Below, piece after piece: positions 8,465-11,235 of a stretch of 11,235 nucleotides of DNA; within the stretch, counting starts at the first letter, position 1; each line of letters begins with the position of its first letter. The stretch comes from Bdellovibrionota bacterium (GTDB taxonomy: Bacteria > Bdellovibrionota_C > UBA2361 > JBIKWN01): contig JBIKWN010000075.1 in NCBI GenBank assembly GCA_044356295.1, positions 1 to 11,235 of the forward strand. Direction: 5' to 3'. The notes under the pieces are model-generated. The model was not told where the DNA came from. It searched no databases and saw nothing but the letters and a program-made list of their open reading frames with translations. The position numbers were made by a program, and so were the translations under genes.

Positions 8465-8629
8465 TTATCTCCTATCGCCTGGGAGGTTTGCGTCGGTGTT
8501 TACGTATTTATCGTCGTATTTCACCTGTGTTTTTGGCTGAGGGCCACCAGATGTTTCAGTGTGCATTCGCTGACAAGCTGAAAGCATAAAAATTGCAAAA
8601 AATAGGGATAGGTAAGTTATATTTCTCAT
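8465..8629 (-). CDS. Small (54 aa) putative lipoprotein, not in ORF track
   Basis: MRNITYLSLFFAIFMLSA-CQRMHTETSGGPQPKTQVKYDDKYVNTDANLPGDRR*: basic N-terminus, hydrophobic core, lipobox LSA-C at Cys19; the TAA ends 2 nt before the dehydrogenase ATG; promoter-like motif directly upstream. Confidence 0.72.
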   Translation of the reverse strand: MRNITYLSLFFAIFMLSACQRMHTETSGGPQPKTQVKYDDKYVNTDANLPGDRR

Positions 8630-8637
8630 CGGCTGGG

Positions 8638-8667
8638 ATCATATCGATACCCGATGGGGAAAGTCCA
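8638..8667 (-). promoter_or_regulatory. Sigma70-type promoter for the lipoprotein-dehydrogenase-uvrB operon
   Basis: TGGACT (8667-8662), 18 nt spacer, TATGAT (8643-8638), 8 nt, ATG (8629); no SD. Confidence 0.5.
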
Positions 8668-8684
8668 GAGAGATTCAATTTTTC

Positions 8685-8700
8685 AGATTAGGGCTAATCT
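8685..8700. promoter_or_regulatory. Palindromic candidate transcription-factor site
   Basis: AGATTAG-GG-CTAATCT, perfect 7-bp arms, upstream of the -35 of the 8629 promoter. Confidence 0.4.
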
Positions 8701-8753
8701 ATAAATATATAGTCATCTCAAACTAGATTAAAATTACAGTGTAGATTTTTTTG

Positions 8754-8783
8754 TAACGCGAAGGTCGCGAAGTACGCGAAGGA
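8754..8783 (+). repeat. Dispersed short repeat with 9-bp periodic CGCGAAG units (copy 1)
   Basis: TAA-CGCGAAGGT-CGCGAAGTA-CGCGAAGGA; the first 16 nt are identical to 11220-11235. Confidence 0.75.
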
Positions 8784-8864
8784 AAATAATATCAAAGTTT
8801 GTTAATTTCTTTGTTTTTATTGAGTGATTCTATTTACTTATCTAAAAATCATTCATTTTTTGTT

Positions 8865-10400
8865 TTAACTACCAAATTTAATCCCCTGTGCTAGTGGCAG
8901 ATCCGCACCGTAATTAATAGTTGTTGTTTGGCGCCGCATATAAGCTTTCCAAGAATCAGAACCAGATTCACGTCCGCCACCTGTGTCTTTTTCGCCTCCA
9001 AAGGCTCCTCCGATTTCTGCACCAGAGGTTCCAATGTTTACATTTGCAATTCCACAATCACTTCCTCTTGCTGACAGAAACTGCTCTGACGCCCTTATGT
9101 TATTTGTAAATATACTTGAGGAAAGACCATGGTCGACGCTGTTATTTATTTTTATTGCATCTTCGATTGAATCATACGGAATTATATAAAGAATTGGAGC
9201 AAAGGTTTCTTCTGATACAATCTTCATATCTTTATTCGCCTTTATAATTGTTGGTTCAACATAAAGATTAGATGGCATTCCTGAAACAAGACTTCCACCA
9301 CAAAGGACTTCACCGCCCTGTGTTTTAGCTGCTGAAACAGCGTGATTAAAAGCTTCTACTGCTTGTTTTGAAATCAGTGGCCCCATCAATGTGCCGTCTG
9401 CTAATGGATCACCTATTTTTACCTGTTTATACGCAGCTATTAATCTTTTTGTTACTTCGGCTTCCACACTGCTGTGCACGATAAGCCGCCTTGTTGTAGT
9501 GCATCTTTGTCCTGCAGTTCCAACCGCACCAAACACGACTCCTGGAATTACTAAATTAAGATCTGCATCCTCTGTTAAAATTATTGCATTATTTCCTCCA
9601 AGCTCAAGAAGGCTTTTGCCCAAACGTTCAGCAACAACTGCACCAACAGCTCTTCCCATTCTTGTCGATCCAGTTGCGCTTACTAATGCAATCCGTTTAT
9701 CTGCTGCGATTTTTTTTCCAAACCGTGCATCATTATCAAAAATTAATCCGAATAGTCCTGGGAATCCATGTCGCTCTGCCACGCGTTCTGCAATTGCAGT
9801 CATTGCTAAAGCAACAAGTGGAGTTTTTTCAGATGGCTTCCAAATACAAACATCTCCACATACTGCTGCAATCATTGCATTCCATGCCCATACTGCTGCT
9901 GGAAAATTAAATGCAGTAATAATCCCTACTAAACCTAACGGATGCCACTGTTCATACATTCGGTGGGAAGCACGCTCTGAATGCATTGTTAGTCCATACA
10001 GTTGCCGGGAAAGTCCTACTGCAAAATCTGCAATATCAATTGCTTCTTGAATTTCGCCTAATCCTTCTTGATAAATTTTCCCACACTCAAGAGAGACAAG
10101 CTCACCTAGTTCTTTTTTGTACTTACGAAGCTCTTCACCGATTTGTCTTACTACTTCACCTCGTTTTGGAGCTGGATAACTTCTCCAGCACTCAAAAACA
10201 TTTTGAGCATCAGAAATTACTTTTTCATAGTTAGCATCGGTTGTAACAAAGACTTTTCCCAACTCTTTGTTATCAATAGGCGAATCTGAGACGAATACTT
10301 CGCTACCATCTGTATACCAAGCCTTCCCACGGGTCGTAGGCTTACCAGAAAGTGGGATATCAAGGGTTTTTGCAATATCAGTGATTAGTTTCATATTCAT
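8865..10400 (-). CDS. amaB: Aldehyde dehydrogenase, ALDH7/antiquitin-type (L-piperideine-6-carboxylate / alpha-aminoadipic semialdehyde dehydrogenase)
   Basis: PAPKRGEVVRQIG, EGLGEIQE, GLSRQLYGLTMHSER, AFNFP, LELGGNN (Glu), AGQRCTT (Cys), and the family-7 C-terminus GAEIGGAFGGEKDTGGGRESGSDSWKAYMRRQT. Substrate is inferred from the family. Confidence 0.9.
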   Translation of the reverse strand: MNMKLITDIAKTLDIPLSGKPTTRGKAWYTDGSEVFVSDSPIDNKELGKVFVTTDANYEKVISDAQNVFECWRSYPAPKRGEVVRQIGEELRKYKKELGELVSLECGKIYQEGLGEIQEAIDIADFAVGLSRQLYGLTMHSERASHRMYEQWHPLGLVGIITAFNFPAAVWAWNAMIAAVCGDVCIWKPSEKTPLVALAMTAIAERVAERHGFPGLFGLIFDNDARFGKKIAADKRIALVSATGSTRMGRAVGAVVAERLGKSLLELGGNNAIILTEDADLNLVIPGVVFGAVGTAGQRCTTTRRLIVHSSVEAEVTKRLIAAYKQVKIGDPLADGTLMGPLISKQAVEAFNHAVSAAKTQGGEVLCGGSLVSGMPSNLYVEPTIIKANKDMKIVSEETFAPILYIIPYDSIEDAIKINNSVDHGLSSSIFTNNIRASEQFLSARGSDCGIANVNIGTSGAEIGGAFGGEKDTGGGRESGSDSWKAYMRRQTTTINYGADLPLAQGIKFGS

Positions 10401-10409
10401 ACTGTATCA

Positions 10410-10451
10410 ATTCTGGGGGTGATTGAAACCTGACTCAATCCCCATTATTCT
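10410..10451. promoter_or_regulatory. Overlapping divergent promoters for ALDH and yebC
   Basis: Plus: TTGAAA (10423-10428), 17 nt, TATTCT (10446-10451), 10 nt, ATG 10462. Minus: TTGAGT (10438-10433), 17 nt, CAGAAT (10415-10410), 9 nt, ATG 10400. Confidence 0.55.
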
Positions 10452-10461
10452 TACCCCCACT

Positions 10462-11181
10462 ATGGGAAGAATGTTTGAAGTACGAAAAGCCGCAATGTTT
10501 GCCAGATGGGCGAAAAACTCGAAGGCTTTCTCGAAATTAGGAAAAGAGATAGCAATCGCAGTGAAGCTTGGGGGCAACGATCCTGACAACAACCCTCGCC
10601 TGCGAAATGCTATTAAGACTGCACGCTCGCTTAATATGCCGAAAGACAATATTCAGTCTTCAATCAACCGGGCATCTTCAAAAGATGCAAGCGACCTGCA
10701 AGAGTTAACCTATGAAGGGTATGGTCCGCACGGTGTTGCGATCTTTATTGAAACAACTACTGATAACCCTACTCGAACTGTTGCAAATATTCGCTCATCC
10801 TTTAGTAAAAATGGCGGATCACTTGCTCAGTCAGGCGCAGTTGATTTTATGTTTACTCGTCGTGGAGTTTTTACAATCGAAAAACCATCAGGTGATCTAG
10901 AAGAGTTCGAACTTGAGATGATAGACCATGGTTTAGAAGATATGTTCGAAACAGAAGATGGATATTTGTTGTACAGCACCTTTACAGATTTCGGAACGCT
11001 TCAAAAAGCTCTTGAAGCAAAAAATATTGCTGTTAAGAATGCTGCTCTACAAAGATTTTCAACGACTACTGTTGAAGTGACGAATGAACAAAGAGCAGAC
11101 CTTGATAAATTAATCTCTGTACTTGAAGAAGATGATGATGTGCAGTTTGTTTATTCTACTTTGAAACAGGTTGAGGAATAA
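10462..11181 (+). CDS. yebC: YebC/PmpR (TACO1) family protein
   Basis: GGNDPDNNPRLR, NMPKDNI, YEGYGPHGVA, TDNPTRT, GAVDFMF, LEEDDDVQFVY. Start reassigned to ATG 10462 (MGRMFEVRK, 239 aa), which matches the known MGRAFE-type N-terminus. Confidence 0.95.
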   Translation: MGRMFEVRKAAMFARWAKNSKAFSKLGKEIAIAVKLGGNDPDNNPRLRNAIKTARSLNMPKDNIQSSINRASSKDASDLQELTYEGYGPHGVAIFIETTTDNPTRTVANIRSSFSKNGGSLAQSGAVDFMFTRRGVFTIEKPSGDLEEFELEMIDHGLEDMFETEDGYLLYSTFTDFGTLQKALEAKNIAVKNAALQRFSTTTVEVTNEQRADLDKLISVLEEDDDVQFVYSTLKQVEE

Positions 11182-11219
11182 GTTATCCCTCAAAAACCAA
11201 TTTTATGTTTTTATTTCTT

Positions 11220-11235
11220 TAACGCGAAGGTCGCG
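11220..11235 (+). repeat. CGCGAAG repeat, copy 2 (cut by window end)
   Basis: TAACGCGAAGGTCGCG identical to 8754-8769. Confidence 0.7.

Noticed and set aside
8463..8600. Possible riboswitch upstream of the dehydrogenase (GACGCAAACCTCC resembles part of the c-di-GMP-I aptamer; some local stems)
   Set aside because: The upstream GCAAACC...GNRA stem and downstream P3 are missing, and the region is better explained by the 54-aa lipoprotein ORF. An Rfam scan would settle it.
8754..8783. CRISPR array interpretation of the CGCGAAG repeats
   Set aside because: Units are 9 bp with no spacers, copies are 2.5 kb apart, and there are no cas genes.
8921..10234. Plus-strand ORFs inside the ALDH gene, including the 219-aa ORF 9391-10050
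   Set aside because: Antisense shadows of a conserved gene; long codon-aligned antisense frames are common and no family motif is seen.
10423..10461. 13-codon N-terminal extension of YebC from TTG 10423
   Set aside because: This TTG is the likely -35 box; family similarity begins at ATG 10462.
10407..10900. ORFs 10407-10649 (-) and 10712-10900 (+)
   Set aside because: They overlap yebC in antisense or alternative frames with no support.

Overview
Ordinary-looking AT-rich bacterial chromosomal window with no CRISPR array, rRNA/tRNA gene or transposase. Gene order: a 3'-truncated DUF6502-like gene (minus strand, missed by the ORF track), divergent from a DUF4397-like lipoprotein and a secreted hypothetical protein; a patatin-POTRA-beta-barrel (PlpD/type Vd-like) protein; a toxin-first RelE/Gp49-XRE (HigBA-like) TA module with a clear palindromic operator; a coupled minus-strand operon of an unannotated 54-aa lipoprotein, a Glu/Leu/Phe/Val dehydrogenase and uvrB; and an ALDH7/AmaB-type aldehyde dehydrogenase divergent from yebC. 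The main non-obvious signals are: (1) six apparent first-in-transcript genes lack a Shine-Dalgarno and have a -10-like hexamer only 6-10 nt before the ATG, suggesting pervasive leaderless or near-leaderless transcription; (2) the missed small lipoprotein heading the uvrB operon; (3) a dispersed 9-bp-period CGCGAAG repeat present twice, once at the window end; (4) several candidate operators and hairpins. I see no clear new multi-gene system. Family calls come from motif recognition only, with no database search.
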